Shown here: positions 18,217 to 28,789 of the stretch, piece by piece | How the letters are laid out: the number at the start of each line of letters is the position of its first letter | Position numbering within the stretch: the first letter of the stretch is position 1 | NCBI GenBank assembly: GCA_024277525.1 | Contig: JAJRUZ010000087.1 | Location: 4,530 to 68,529, forward strand | Direction of reading: 5' to 3' | DNA length: 64,000 bases | From: a candidate division WOR-3 bacterium | Lineage (GTDB): Bacteria > Hydrothermota > Hydrothermia > Hydrothermales > JAJRUZ01 | Notes under the pieces: generated by a model | The model's input: only the letters and a program-made list of their open reading frames with translations | The model's database searches: none | What the model was told of the DNA's origin: nothing | Program-made: the position numbers and the translations under genes

Positions 18217-18234
18217 TCAGGGGATTGAACCTGA
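18217..18234 (-). other. T-arm-like hairpin TCAGG-TTCAATC-CC(C)TGA just after the rpoD stop
   Basis: GG/CC plus TCA/TGA pairing with one bulged C; 7-nt loop; occupies most of the 27-nt intergenic gap. Confidence 0.6.
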
Positions 18235-18237
18235 GTT

Positions 18238-19911
18238 TTAATCCTTTCTCTGTAATTTTTCAAGCAACATTTTTAATTTCTTCGCCCTCTTAGGGTGTCT
18301 TAATTTTCTGAGTGCCTGTGCCTCAATCTGTCTTATTCTCTCCCTTGTAACACCGAAAATCCTTCCCACCTGTTCAAGAGTCATAGGAGGGTGATTTCCG
18401 AGACCGAATCTCAACCTTATAACTTTCTGCTCTCTTTTTGAGAGTGTTGATAAAATTTCATTGAGCTTTTCCCTTACTATTGCTTCCCTTGCAAGTTCTG
18501 CAGGTGATTTTGTAAATTGATCTGCTATTATTTCTTCCATAACACCGTCCTCATCCCTTCCTATGGGTTTATCAATTGAGAGGGGCTGATGAGATACCTC
18601 AAGTGCCTGTTTTACTTTTTCTTCCGGCAATCCCACAATGTCAGCAAGTTCCCTTACAGTAGGCTCTCTTCCGTATGTCTGTAAGAAATCTTTCTGTGCC
18701 TTGGAAATTTTGGTTAATGTTTCTATCATATGGACAGGAACCCTCACGGTCCTTGAATTGTCTGCAATTGCTCTGGTAATTGCCTGTCTTATCCACCATG
18801 TAGCATATGTTGAGAATTTGTAACCTTTACGATAATCAAATTTTTCAACTGCTTTTAAAAGTCCGATATTACCCTCCTCAATAAGGTCAAGAAACTCAAT
18901 ACCCCTGTTCATAAACTTCTTTGCGGTTCCTATTACAAGCCTAACATTACCCTCAACCATTTTTTCCCTTGCAATATTATATGCCTTTTTTGCTTCATCT
19001 ATTTCTTCTCTTATCTTTACAAGCTCCTCAAAAGGAAGCCCTAAACGCTCCTCATATTCCTTTAAAGAATATTTGATTGCTTTTATTGTTTCATTTATCT
19101 CATCAAGATAATTCTTCTTTCCATTATCCTTTGAAATCTTTTTCCTTTCTTCTTTTAATCTCTCAAGCTCTTTACTCATATTCTCCATCGTCTTGATTTC
19201 TTCATGTAATCTATCCACATTTTCCTGAACATAAGAAAATTTCGGCACAATTTTCTTGAATAATCTGTCCAGTTTCTTTCTTTCCTCCTCATTAAGTGTT
19301 TTTATACTCTTACCCTGTTTTTCAAACACATCCTCATAAAAATTCAAAAATTCATTAATTCCTCTTGCAACCCTCTTTTTTTCTTTCCTGTTTACCTCTT
19401 TATTTGTCCAATAACTTGAATCAACCTCGAGCACCTCCTCGGGCTGCAGTTCCTGTTCCTGAATTTTCCTTAAGAAAAATATAAACCTTTTTATTCCGAA
19501 ATCGGTCCTGAATAAAATCTCCTTCATTTTTTCTTTTGAATCAAAAATCGTCTTTGCAAGTGCAACCTCTTCCTCCTTTGTCAGTAATCTCAAATTTGAT
19601 ATCTGTTTTAAATATGTTTTAACCGGGTCATCCTTTACCTTTATTTCGGGTTCCTCTATTTCTTTTTCCTTCTTCTTATCCTCTCCTTCCACAATTTCTA
19701 TACCTTCCGCAAAAAGTGCCTCCATAACCTCATCAACAACATTAGGAGGCAAATTCATCGTTAAATCATTTAAATCCTCGGTTTTAATTTGCTTGTTTTT
19801 CTTAGCCTTCGCCATAACCCTTTCAATTACACTCTGAACAATCATCTGCTCTATTTCCTTATCGGTCATTTCTGAGATTTTTTTTGAAGGCTTCGTTTTC
19901 TTCTTTCCCAT
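18238..19911 (-). CDS. rpoD: Primary RNA polymerase sigma factor
   Basis: [44 protein letters not shown] and [10 protein letters not shown]. Confidence 0.97.
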   Translation of the reverse strand: MGKKKTKPSKKISEMTDKEIEQMIVQSVIERVMAKAKKNKQIKTEDLNDLTMNLPPNVVDEVMEALFAEGIEIVEGEDKKKEKEIEEPEIKVKDDPVKTYLKQISNLRLLTKEEEVALAKTIFDSKEKMKEILFRTDFGIKRFIFFLRKIQEQELQPEEVLEVDSSYWTNKEVNRKEKKRVARGINEFLNFYEDVFEKQGKSIKTLNEEERKKLDRLFKKIVPKFSYVQENVDRLHEEIKTMENMSKELERLKEERKKISKDNGKKNYLDEINETIKAIKYSLKEYEERLGLPFEELVKIREEIDEAKKAYNIAREKMVEGNVRLVIGTAKKFMNRGIEFLDLIEEGNIGLLKAVEKFDYRKGYKFSTYATWWIRQAITRAIADNSRTVRVPVHMIETLTKISKAQKDFLQTYGREPTVRELADIVGLPEEKVKQALEVSHQPLSIDKPIGRDEDGVMEEIIADQFTKSPAELAREAIVREKLNEILSTLSKREQKVIRLRFGLGNHPPMTLEQVGRIFGVTRERIRQIEAQALRKLRHPKRAKKLKMLLEKLQRKD

Positions 19912-19926
19912 GAACCTACCTCCTTT

Positions 19927-21585
19927 TTAAGAGAAATTTTCCCTCTGTATGGGAATTGAACCCTGTTTATTTTTCATCTCTCTCCATTTTTCCAAAATCT
20001 CTTCTTCCCTTAGAATCTGGCTCATCTTATCCTCCAGATATTTAAAGGCACTTAAAGGAGGGCTATCCTTTTCATCTTTAAATTCAACATTTTTAAATTT
20101 TTCTTTTGCCTTAAATATCGCTTCCATCAATTTTCTTCTTTCCTTATCCGGAAGTTCAAACAGAATTTCCTCAAAAATTTCTCCTTTAAGAATCCTTTTT
20201 GTTATGTTCCTTAGAAGAGTATCTTTGAAAACTCTTTCATCTATTTTCCTTTTTTCAAACTCCTCCTTTTTAAAATAATTAAAAGCAACAATTGTTCCGA
20301 AAACCGAATAATCCGGAATAAAGTCCCCTGTTTCAATTTTTGAATCCTGAATTGTGGGCTTTACACGGGATTTTATATATTCCGAGGAAATCAAAAATAT
20401 TTTTGATAATTTTTTGATAAAAAGTTCCCTTTCAATTTCCGAAGGCACACAGGATATGAAATTTGTAAGTTCACTCAAAAGCAAACTCTGTGCATAAGGA
20501 TCATCAGGCAATTTTTCAGGCAAAAATGCATCAATAAAATCTTTTGAATTGTTTAAAATTTCTTCCATTTTTTCTTTTTCATTCTTTTTCAAAAAGGATT
20601 CGGGGTCTTCATTTTCCGGAAGCATACCTATTTTCACTTTTAAATCCGCTTTTAAAAGAAAAGGTAATGCCCGCTTCATACCTCTTTTTCCGGCATCATC
20701 ACCATCAAATAACACTATAATATTACCAGCAAATCTTCTGATTATCAATGCCTGGTCGGTTGAAAAAGCAGTTCCCAGGGGTGCAACGGTATTTTCAAAA
20801 CCGCTTTCAACCATCCTCAAAACATCTGTATAACCCTCAACCAGAATCAGTGTCCCTTTCCTTCTTGCCTCATTCTTTGCTATATTTAAGCCGAACAAAT
20901 TCTTACTTTTTTTAAAAATCTTTGTCTCAGGAGAATTCAAATATTTCGGCTCACCTTCAAAAGCCCTGCCTCCAAAAGCAACGCATTTTCCCGAAACCGA
21001 ATAAATCGGAAAAATGAGTCTGTCTCTGAAAAAATCCCTTAATGTCCCTGATGTGCCTGTAATAAGTCCTGCTTCAAGCAAAAGGGAAGGATTGATTCCC
21101 TTCTCTCTTGCTTTTTTAATTATAAAATCACCATCCGGAGGGGCATAACCTATTTTAAATCTTCTTATTGTATGTAATTTAAAATTCTTTTCATTTAAAA
21201 AATTCCTTGCCTTTTCTCCCATAGACTCAAATAAAATCTTGTGATATTCATTTAAAGCAAACTCCATTATATCATAAATTTTCTCATCTTCCCTTTTTTC
21301 TTTTTTTTCTTTAATTTCAATCCCTGCTATATTGCATAATTCTTTCAATGCCTCTGAACTTGAAATACCTTCAATCTCCGCAATAAGATGAATCAAATTA
21401 CCGGACTTACCGCACCCGAAACAATAAAAGAGCCCCCTCTCGGGGTCAAAGGATAAAGAAGGCTTTGTATCCGCATGAAAAGGGCAAACCGCCATATAAT
21501 TCCTTCCGCTTTTTCTTAAATTCAAATATCTTTGAGCCACCTCAAGGGGTGATATATTTGTTATTATTTCATCATATAAGTTCAT
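19927..21585 (-). CDS. dnaG: DNA primase
   Basis: CPFH.DT.PS...CFGC zinc finger, FRDRLIFPI, KYLNSPET, VEGY.DV and FDGDDAG (Toprim). Confidence 0.97.
   Translation of the reverse strand: MNLYDEIITNISPLEVAQRYLNLRKSGRNYMAVCPFHADTKPSLSFDPERGLFYCFGCGKSGNLIHLIAEIEGISSSEALKELCNIAGIEIKEKKEKREDEKIYDIMEFALNEYHKILFESMGEKARNFLNEKNFKLHTIRRFKIGYAPPDGDFIIKKAREKGINPSLLLEAGLITGTSGTLRDFFRDRLIFPIYSVSGKCVAFGGRAFEGEPKYLNSPETKIFKKSKNLFGLNIAKNEARRKGTLILVEGYTDVLRMVESGFENTVAPLGTAFSTDQALIIRRFAGNIIVLFDGDDAGKRGMKRALPFLLKADLKVKIGMLPENEDPESFLKKNEKEKMEEILNNSKDFIDAFLPEKLPDDPYAQSLLLSELTNFISCVPSEIERELFIKKLSKIFLISSEYIKSRVKPTIQDSKIETGDFIPDYSVFGTIVAFNYFKKEEFEKRKIDERVFKDTLLRNITKRILKGEIFEEILFELPDKERRKLMEAIFKAKEKFKNVEFKDEKDSPPLSAFKYLEDKMSQILREEEILEKWREMKNKQGSIPIQRENFS
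19951..19963 (-). other. T-arm-like hairpin GGG-TTCAATT-CCC inside the dnaG 3' end, upstream of rpoD
   Basis: Encodes the tail QGSIP; shares AAACAGGGTTCAA.TCCC with the grpE copy. Confidence 0.6.
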
Positions 21586-23756
21586 ATTTTTTTAAATTTT
21601 ATCACCGTAACTCCGTCACCTCCTTCATTCCATGGAGGATGATAAAAATCCTCCACAAACTCTATATTTTTAATAACATCAAAAACTAATTTTTTCAAGA
21701 CCCCTTTCCCCTCGCCGTGAACAACTCTCACCTCATTATATCCTGCTGCTCTTGCATCATATAAAAATCTTATAATAAGTTCCTCCGCATCATCTTTTTT
21801 CATTCCTCTTATTGACAAAACCCTGGAAGGCAAAGGAAGTGAATACGATTTTATCTCTATTTCCTTTTCTTCACTTTCCTTCACTTCCCTTAAATATGAT
21901 AAAGGAACCTCCATTTTTTTACCCTTAACCTCAAGTACTGCTTTCTCTCCTTTCATTCCGATTAATTTTCCGACAGCTCCGGTTCCCAAAATTCCGTATG
22001 TTCTTCCCACCACAGGTGCCTGTTTCAACCTCACTTCCTCAATTTCTTTTTCCCTTTTTTCTTCAATTTTTTTCCTTATTTCCTTCAAAATTTTCCTTTT
22101 TTTCTCTTTTTCAAACTTTTTGATCAAATTTCTTATTTCTTCTTCAAATTTCTCAATTTTTTCTTTTAATTTTTTCTTATATTCCTTTTCAATTTCTTCT
22201 TTTTCTTTTCTCAACTTTTCCTTTTCTTTCTTAATTTCAATTTTTTCCCTTTCGATTTCCTTTTTAAGACTGTATATTTTCTCCATTATCTTTGCTGATT
22301 CGGGTAACTTTTCAAATACAGAAGGGGGCAATCCGCATTTTTTGGCTACAAGTATTGCATAACTGGGTGACATTTTCATTAACTCAAGTCTATAAGTGGG
22401 TTTCATTTTTTTTATATCCATTGTAAATGCGGAAACCAGAAAACCTTTTTCATTTTTGAGAAAAGATTTTATTTTATCATTATGTGTTGCACAAATTGTC
22501 TTTATTTTCCTGTCCCTGAATTCTTTTAAAATTGCAACTCCTAAGTCCCCTCCCTCTTCCGGATCCGTATTTCCCATGAACTCATCCAAAAGTACAAGTT
22601 TTCTCTCAATTCTGTTTTCAAGTGCTTTTTTTATCTCTTCAAGATATAAGGTAAAACTCGAAAAACCTTCTTCTATTTTACTTCTTTCCTCAAACCCTGC
22701 CCTGAAAATCACCCGTGGTATGTAAAAATAACTATCAGAAGATGCGGGAACGGGTATTGATAGTTTTATCATTTTTATCAAAAGATAAATTGCTTCAAGA
22801 AAACTTGTTTTACCTCCTCCATTGGGACCTGTAACAAGGAGAACGGAATTTTCTTTGTCAAAAAGTATATTATAGGGTACACATTTTCTATTCAATTTGA
22901 TTTTCAAAACAGGGTGATATGCATTTTTTAAGTATATTTTTTCCTCATATCCGAATTCGGGAATTTCTCCGCAGATCTCTCTTGTGAAGTTAAATAAAGC
23001 TCCGTAATAATCAAGTTTGGCTATACAATAAACCATTTGGTATATTTCATTCTTTAAAGACACAAACTCATTGTAAATCTTATTTATTATTCTTCTCTCC
23101 TCTTCTCTTTCCCTTTCTTCAAGGTGTCTGAATTTTGTATTAAGATTTACAATTTCTTCGGGTTCAACAAAATAACTTTCGCCCGACCTTGAGTAAGACA
23201 CCAAAATTGCATTTTTGGGGAGTGTTTTTAAACATAAGGTAAATCTGCCTTCCCGGTAATATATTTCCTCATCCCTTAAAATTCCTTCTTTTAGATAGTT
23301 TTGCATAGGTAGTTTTATATTTTTTTCTATTTCTTTATATGTGTATCTCTTCTTTTCTCTTATTTCTTTAAGTTCGGGAGAAGCTTCATCTTTTATATTC
23401 CCTTCATCGTCAAAAGTATTTTCTAATTTCTGATAAAAAGAAGTTATTTCTTCTTCTATTTCCAGGAATTCTTCCGAATTCTCTCCGATTTCTTTTATTT
23501 CTCTCTCAAGCCTCAAGACATCCCTTATGTAATCTCTTAAGAAAAGAAAATATTTTACAGCGGATTTCCCGATTTCAAACTCTTTAAAAGAGGGCAATAA
23601 AAGGGTCTTTTTTCTGAATATTTTTTCATATTTTTTATATTCTTCGTATCTATCTTTTATTAAATTTATATCATCCGTTTCCTTCAAAGAATAGAGATAT
23701 TCCTTCCCTTCTTGTGTGAGGGTATATTTTGAGATAGAGTCTAAGATTCTGTTCAA
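21582..23756 (-). CDS. mutS2: MutS2-family endonuclease/ribosome-rescue ATPase with Smr domain
   Basis: HP.L, TGPNGGGKT, LLDE..GNTDPEEG, ATH, coiled coil, and Smr VHGEGKGVLK...GGDGVT. Confidence 0.88.
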   Translation of the reverse strand: MNRILDSISKYTLTQEGKEYLYSLKETDDINLIKDRYEEYKKYEKIFRKKTLLLPSFKEFEIGKSAVKYFLFLRDYIRDVLRLEREIKEIGENSEEFLEIEEEITSFYQKLENTFDDEGNIKDEASPELKEIREKKRYTYKEIEKNIKLPMQNYLKEGILRDEEIYYREGRFTLCLKTLPKNAILVSYSRSGESYFVEPEEIVNLNTKFRHLEEREREEERRIINKIYNEFVSLKNEIYQMVYCIAKLDYYGALFNFTREICGEIPEFGYEEKIYLKNAYHPVLKIKLNRKCVPYNILFDKENSVLLVTGPNGGGKTSFLEAIYLLIKMIKLSIPVPASSDSYFYIPRVIFRAGFEERSKIEEGFSSFTLYLEEIKKALENRIERKLVLLDEFMGNTDPEEGGDLGVAILKEFRDRKIKTICATHNDKIKSFLKNEKGFLVSAFTMDIKKMKPTYRLELMKMSPSYAILVAKKCGLPPSVFEKLPESAKIMEKIYSLKKEIEREKIEIKKEKEKLRKEKEEIEKEYKKKLKEKIEKFEEEIRNLIKKFEKEKKRKILKEIRKKIEEKREKEIEEVRLKQAPVVGRTYGILGTGAVGKLIGMKGEKAVLEVKGKKMEVPLSYLREVKESEEKEIEIKSYSLPLPSRVLSIRGMKKDDAEELIIRFLYDARAAGYNEVRVVHGEGKGVLKKLVFDVIKNIEFVEDFYHPPWNEGGDGVTVIKFKKI

Positions 23757-23760
23757 AAAT

Positions 23761-23970
23761 TTATTTCTTAATTTTTTCCTGAAGTTGTCTTAACTTTCTT
23801 AACAGTCTCCTTCTTGCTGCTGCCATTTCCTTTTTTCTCCTTTCCGAAGGCTTCTCATAATGCTCAAGTCTTTTAAGTTCTTCCAAAACCCTATCCCTGT
23901 TTAAAATTTTTTTAAATCTTTTAAGCATCTCTTCAAAGCTTTCTCCTTCTCTCAGTTTAACTCCTGTCAT
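23761..23970 (-). CDS. rpsU: 30S ribosomal protein S21
   Basis: GESFE..LKRFKK.....VLEELKR.EHYEKPSERRK. Confidence 0.95.
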   Translation of the reverse strand: MTGVKLREGESFEEMLKRFKKILNRDRVLEELKRLEHYEKPSERRKKEMAAARRRLLRKLRQLQEKIKK

Positions 23971-23991
23971 ATGTCAACCTCCTTTTGTTTT

Positions 23992-24010
23992 AAAGGGAAT
24001 AGAACCCTTT
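23992..24010 (-). other. T-arm-like hairpin AAAGGG-TTCTATT-CCCTTT, 34 nt before the rpsU ATG
   Basis: Perfect 6-bp stem and 7-nt loop; SD GGAGG at the same spacing as in the rplO copy. Confidence 0.7.
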
Positions 24011-24348
24011 TATCCCGGGGGCCATTTCATAATCCTTCCCCCGAGCAAATGAAAATGCATATGAAAAACCGCCTGTCCTGCTTCTCCGCCATCATTCAAA
24101 ACAATTCTGTATCCTTTTTCAAGACCTCTTTCAAGGGCAATTTTGCTTGCAACTTTTAAAATATGACCCAAAAGTTCCTTATCATCTTCTTCCGCATCCC
24201 TCAATGCCGGTATGTGTCTCTTAGGAACAACAAGGATATGACAGGGTGCCTGTGGATTTATGTCTTCAAAAGCAACACATTTTTCATCCTCATACACAAT
24301 CTTGGATTCAACTTCTTTGTTTATTATTTTACAAAAAATACATTCCAT
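24010..24348 (-). CDS. Histidine triad nucleotide-binding protein (HinT/HIT)
   Basis: CIFC, F.DINPQAP.H.LVVPK.H, GQAVFHMHFHLLGG and WPPG. Confidence 0.96.
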   Translation of the reverse strand: MECIFCKIINKEVESKIVYEDEKCVAFEDINPQAPCHILVVPKRHIPALRDAEEDDKELLGHILKVASKIALERGLEKGYRIVLNDGGEAGQAVFHMHFHLLGGRIMKWPPG

Positions 24349-24350
24349 TT

Positions 24351-25070
24351 TTAAACCTCCTGGTTAAGGTATAAAAAAATTGCACCCGCAAATAAAAGAG
24401 CAGTTTCTGTTCTCAATGTTCTGACTCCGAGATTCCATTCTATAAACTCCTCTCTTTTTAAAAATTGAATTTCATCGTTTGTGAATGAGCCTTCCGGTCC
24501 TGCAACTATTACCGCTTTCCTTATGTTTTTATTTTTGATAAAAGGTCTCTCTTTTGACTTTTCATTAAGAAGGATTTTAACATCATAATCACGGATTTTA
24601 TCACAAAATTCTCTTAAATTCATAGGATTTTCAATTTTCGGTAAGATACTCCTTCTTGACTGTTTCATTGAGGAAATTGCAATTTTTCTCCATCTGGATA
24701 ATTTTGTGGGACCGGGATCGGGTATTGTTCTCTGTGTTAATAAAGGAAAGAAGGTATTCACTCCGAGTTCCGTTCCTTTCTCTATCAACATTTCCATCCT
24801 TTCTCCCTTTAATACACCGCATGCGAGTGCCAAATCAAAAGGAACTTCGTTCGGTTTTCTTCTTTTTTCCACAATCTCACCTTCTGCAAATCCGTCGCCT
24901 GTTTTGGTAAGCACAACTGTGTACTCGTCTCCTTCACCGTTAACAACCCTTACAATATCCCCTTTTGTCTTTCTTATCACCTTTGACAGATGCAAATATT
25001 CCTGCCCCAAAATATAGACCTTATTTCCTCTTATATCCTGCTTAGGAACATAAAAATATCTTATATCCAT
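24351..25070 (-). CDS. rsmE: 16S rRNA m3U1498 methyltransferase
   Basis: HL.KV.R, EKGTELGV, QSRR, GPEG.F and LG.RTLRTETA. Confidence 0.95.
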   Translation of the reverse strand: MDIRYFYVPKQDIRGNKVYILGQEYLHLSKVIRKTKGDIVRVVNGEGDEYTVVLTKTGDGFAEGEIVEKRRKPNEVPFDLALACGVLKGERMEMLIEKGTELGVNTFFPLLTQRTIPDPGPTKLSRWRKIAISSMKQSRRSILPKIENPMNLREFCDKIRDYDVKILLNEKSKERPFIKNKNIRKAVIVAGPEGSFTNDEIQFLKREEFIEWNLGVRTLRTETALLFAGAIFLYLNQEV

Positions 25071-26210
25071 TTATTTCTTTAACCTCAAAAGTTCTTGGAG
25101 CAGTTTTTTTTCTTCTTTACTTATCTTATCCAGAATTTCCACATCAATTTCTACATAAAGATCTCCTTTAATCCCGTTCAGACTCCTCAAACCCTGACCT
25201 TTTATTCTGAAAATTTGCCCTGTTTTTGTAAAAGGGGGTATTTTGAGTTTTACTTTTCCGTTAAGTGTATCCACCTGAACCTCTCCTCCCAGGACCAAAA
25301 CAGGATAAGGAACAAATATTTTTCTTTTCAAATTATTTCCCTGTCTTTCAAATATTTTATCCTTTATTTCTTCAATATAAACGATAAGGTCACCGTATTC
25401 ACCGCCTCTTATTCCTGCATTACCCATTCCTTTTAACCTCAAAGTATTACCTTCCTCTACACCGTGTGGAATATTAATTTTTATTTTTTCTTCCTTTAAA
25501 ACCCTACCCGTTCCTTTACAGAGTGTGCAAAGGTTTTTAATTACTTTACCCGCTCCCCTGCATGTGGGACAGGTTGTCTGAGTCACGAAATAACCGAAAA
25601 AAGTCCTTTTCTCCTTTTTTACAAAACCTGCTCCATTGCATTCCGGACATGTATTAAAACCGCCGGTTTTTGAACCCGTGCCTTTGCATTCTTTACATTT
25701 TATATATCTCTTAACTTTAATTGTTTTGGTTGTTCCGTCATTGATTTCCCTCAGAGTTAAAGGTATTCTGACCCTGAGATCTTCACCGGGCATAGAAGTG
25801 AAATATTCCTTTTCCCTTTCATATCTCCTTTCCCTCCTTCCCCCGAATAAAAGATCAAAGAAAGAACCGCCGAATCCGAATTCTTCAAAAATTCTGCCTA
25901 TGTCTCCGAATATGTCCTGTAAATCCTCAAAATGTGAAAAGTCTCTCCATGTAAAATCACCTTCCCTGAATACACCCGCTCCCTTTAATCCCTCATGACC
26001 GTATCTATCATATATTTCCCTTTTCTTTGGGTCACTCAATACCTCATATGCTTCGGAGATTTCCATAAATTTTTTTGCTGCTTCTTCTTTATTTTCCGGA
26101 TTTCTATCAGGATGATATTTTAATGCTAACTTCTTATATGCCTTCTTAATCTCTTCCTGTGTAGCATTTCTCGGAACTCCTAATATTTCATAATAATCCT
26201 TTTTAGTCAT
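25071..26210 (-). CDS. dnaJ: Chaperone DnaJ
   Basis: J domain with HPD, G/F region, four CxxCxGxG repeats. Confidence 0.98.
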   Translation of the reverse strand: MTKKDYYEILGVPRNATQEEIKKAYKKLALKYHPDRNPENKEEAAKKFMEISEAYEVLSDPKKREIYDRYGHEGLKGAGVFREGDFTWRDFSHFEDLQDIFGDIGRIFEEFGFGGSFFDLLFGGRRERRYEREKEYFTSMPGEDLRVRIPLTLREINDGTTKTIKVKRYIKCKECKGTGSKTGGFNTCPECNGAGFVKKEKRTFFGYFVTQTTCPTCRGAGKVIKNLCTLCKGTGRVLKEEKIKINIPHGVEEGNTLRLKGMGNAGIRGGEYGDLIVYIEEIKDKIFERQGNNLKRKIFVPYPVLVLGGEVQVDTLNGKVKLKIPPFTKTGQIFRIKGQGLRSLNGIKGDLYVEIDVEILDKISKEEKKLLQELLRLKK

Positions 26211-26253
26211 CCCCTTTTCTGGATTCCGATTTTCCTCCTTTCAATTTTATCAT

Positions 26254-28188
26254 TTATTCAACTACCTCATAATCCGCATCCACTGCTTTTCCTTTATCAT
26301 CTCCTTTTTCCTCTTTTTCCTCCTTCTTTTCTTCAGAACCTACCCCTGCTCCTCCTTCCCTGCCTGTAAATCCGGAGGTATATTCCGTCCCGACCCTTCC
26401 TCTTTGATAGATTTCCTCGGTTGCTTTATACCATGCATCCTGAAGCTCTTTCATCTTATCTTTTATATAGCCTGCATCATCCTTACCCAGTGCCTCTTTA
26501 AGTGCGTTAAGTTTTTCCTCCACAATTTCCCTTTTATCGGAGGGAATTTTTTCACCCAAATCCCTCATGGATTTCTCAACCGTATAAATAAAGGAATCAG
26601 CCTGATTCTTTACATCAATAAGTTCCCTTCTCTTTCTATCTTCCTCTGCATGTGCTTCCGCCTCTTTTATCATCTTTTGAATTTCATCTTCTGTTAAACC
26701 TGACGAAGAATGAACCCTTATCTTTTGTTCCTTTCCCGTAGCCATGTCTTTTGCAGAAACATGCAGAATTCCGTCAGCATCGATTTCAAAAGTAACTTCA
26801 ATTTGAGGAACACCCCTTGGGGCGGGAGGTATTCCGTAAAGTTCGAATTTTGCTAAGGACCTGTTATCTTTTGCCAATGGTCTCTCACCCTGAAGAACAT
26901 GAATTGTAACCGCAGTCTGATTATCCTGTGCTGTTGTAAATATTTCGGATTTTCTTACCGGAATCGTGGTATTTCTCGGGATTATGACTGTCATTACACC
27001 GCCTAAGGTCTCAACTCCCAGGGAAAGAGGGGTGACATCAAGCAGGACAATATCTCTTTTGATTTCTCCTGCAAGAACACCCGCCTGAATTGCTGCTCCC
27101 ATTGCAACAACTTCGTCAGGATTTACACCTTTATGCGGTTCCCTTCCGAAAAAGCTTTTCACAGCCTCCTGAACAGCAGGCATTCTTGTCATTCCTCCGA
27201 CCAAGATAACTTCATTTATATCAGAGGGTGTTAATTTAGCATCCTCAAGAGCCTTTTTACATATTTCTATTGTTCTATCAATCAGATCCTTTGTCATTGC
27301 TTCAAATCTTGCCCTTGTAAGTTCTTTTTCAAGATGTTTGGGTCCGGAAATGAAGGGTAAGGAAATGGTTGTGGACATCATGGTGGAAAGTTCTATTTTT
27401 GCCTTCTCGGCTGCCTCCTTAAGTCGTTGCATAGCGGATCTGTCTTTTCTTAAATCAATTCCTTCCTCCCTCATAAATTCCTCAACAAGCCAATCAATTA
27501 TTCTCTGATCAAAATCATCTCCTCCCAGATGGGTGTCACCGTTTGTTGATTTAACTTCGAAAACACCTTCCTCCGATAACTCCAAGATTGAAATATCGAA
27601 TGTTCCTCCTCCGAGATCATAAACCGCAACCCTTATATCTTTTTTCTTATCAAGTCCGTAGGCAAGAGCTGCGGCAGTAGGCTCATTGATTATTCTCAGA
27701 ACCTCAAGTCCTGCAATCCTTCCCGCATCTTTTGTTGCCTGTCTCTGTGCATCGTTAAAATATGCAGGAACAGTAATGACCGCCTGTGTTATCTTTTCTC
27801 CGAGATATTCCTCCGCACATTCTTTCAAATATCTCAGAATCATTGCAGAAATTTCGGGAGGTGAATAAACTTTTTCCCTTATTTTAACCCTTGCATCATC
27901 ATGGGGACCCCTCACAACTTCATAAGGTACTCTCTTTATCTCTTCTAAAACTTCCTCATATCTTCTTCCCATAAATCTTTTAATTGAATAGACCGTGTTC
28001 TCTGCATTAACGATTGCTTGTCTCTTTGCAATATTTCCTACGATAATTTCTCCGCTTTCCTTGAAACCGACCACCGAAGGAGTGACCCTTCCCCCTTCTT
28101 TATTAGGGATAACTTTGGGTTCATTTCCTTCAAGCACAGCAATACATGAGTTTGTTGTTCCGAGATCAATTCCGACAGCCTTTGCCAT
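26254..28188 (-). CDS. dnaK: Chaperone DnaK
   Basis: [25 protein letters not shown] and LVGG.TR.P. Confidence 0.99.
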   Translation of the reverse strand: MAKAVGIDLGTTNSCIAVLEGNEPKVIPNKEGGRVTPSVVGFKESGEIIVGNIAKRQAIVNAENTVYSIKRFMGRRYEEVLEEIKRVPYEVVRGPHDDARVKIREKVYSPPEISAMILRYLKECAEEYLGEKITQAVITVPAYFNDAQRQATKDAGRIAGLEVLRIINEPTAAALAYGLDKKKDIRVAVYDLGGGTFDISILELSEEGVFEVKSTNGDTHLGGDDFDQRIIDWLVEEFMREEGIDLRKDRSAMQRLKEAAEKAKIELSTMMSTTISLPFISGPKHLEKELTRARFEAMTKDLIDRTIEICKKALEDAKLTPSDINEVILVGGMTRMPAVQEAVKSFFGREPHKGVNPDEVVAMGAAIQAGVLAGEIKRDIVLLDVTPLSLGVETLGGVMTVIIPRNTTIPVRKSEIFTTAQDNQTAVTIHVLQGERPLAKDNRSLAKFELYGIPPAPRGVPQIEVTFEIDADGILHVSAKDMATGKEQKIRVHSSSGLTEDEIQKMIKEAEAHAEEDRKRRELIDVKNQADSFIYTVEKSMRDLGEKIPSDKREIVEEKLNALKEALGKDDAGYIKDKMKELQDAWYKATEEIYQRGRVGTEYTSGFTGREGGAGVGSEEKKEEKEEKGDDKGKAVDADYEVVE

Positions 28189-28189
28189 T

Positions 28190-28738
28190 TTAACCTTCCT
28201 CCTCCGAAGTTTCGGGACTTGAACCCTGTTTTTTCTCTTCTTTTTTCAATTTTCCGACTATTACTTTTGAGGGTAAGACTGTTTTACCTTTAAATTTAAA
28301 TCCTCTTTGAACTCTTTTCAGAACTTTTCCTTCAAGATTTTTATCATTCACAATTTCAATATCAACTGCTTCATGAATTTCAGGGTCAAAATCGTCTCCC
28401 TTTTCAGGACTTATTATCTCACCTCCTTCTTCATTAAAAAGCCCCACAAATTGCTTGTAAATCATTTCAACTCCCTTTTTAAGCTCCTCTGAATCTCCTT
28501 TATTTTCATTGATTACCTCAATTGCCCTTCCCATATTATCAATTACCGTAAAAAATTTTTCCATCAATTCTTTTTTACCTTTTTCTTTTGCCTCTTTAAT
28601 CTCGGTTTCCGCTCTTTTTTTAAATTTATTAAAATCCGCAATTGCTCTCATATATAAATTTCTCATCTCTTCGGCTTCTTTATAATTTGCAATCAATTCT
28701 TCTTTAATTCGGTTAAGCCACATTTTTTTATTTTCCAT
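28190..28738 (-). CDS. grpE: Nucleotide exchange factor GrpE
   Basis: [22 protein letters not shown] and QRGF; upstream of dnaK. Confidence 0.93.
   Translation of the reverse strand: MENKKMWLNRIKEELIANYKEAEEMRNLYMRAIADFNKFKKRAETEIKEAKEKGKKELMEKFFTVIDNMGRAIEVINENKGDSEELKKGVEMIYKQFVGLFNEEGGEIISPEKGDDFDPEIHEAVDIEIVNDKNLEGKVLKRVQRGFKFKGKTVLPSKVIVGKLKKEEKKQGSSPETSEEEG
28214..28226 (-). other. T-arm-like hairpin GGG-TTCAAGT-CCC inside the grpE 3' end, 35 nt before the dnaK ATG
   Basis: Canonical TTCAAGT T-loop sequence; encodes the tail QGSSP. Confidence 0.65.
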
Positions 28739-28789
28739 AATAAAAATTCCTATAATTTAATACAATCCGATATGATTTTTTTCAAGTTC

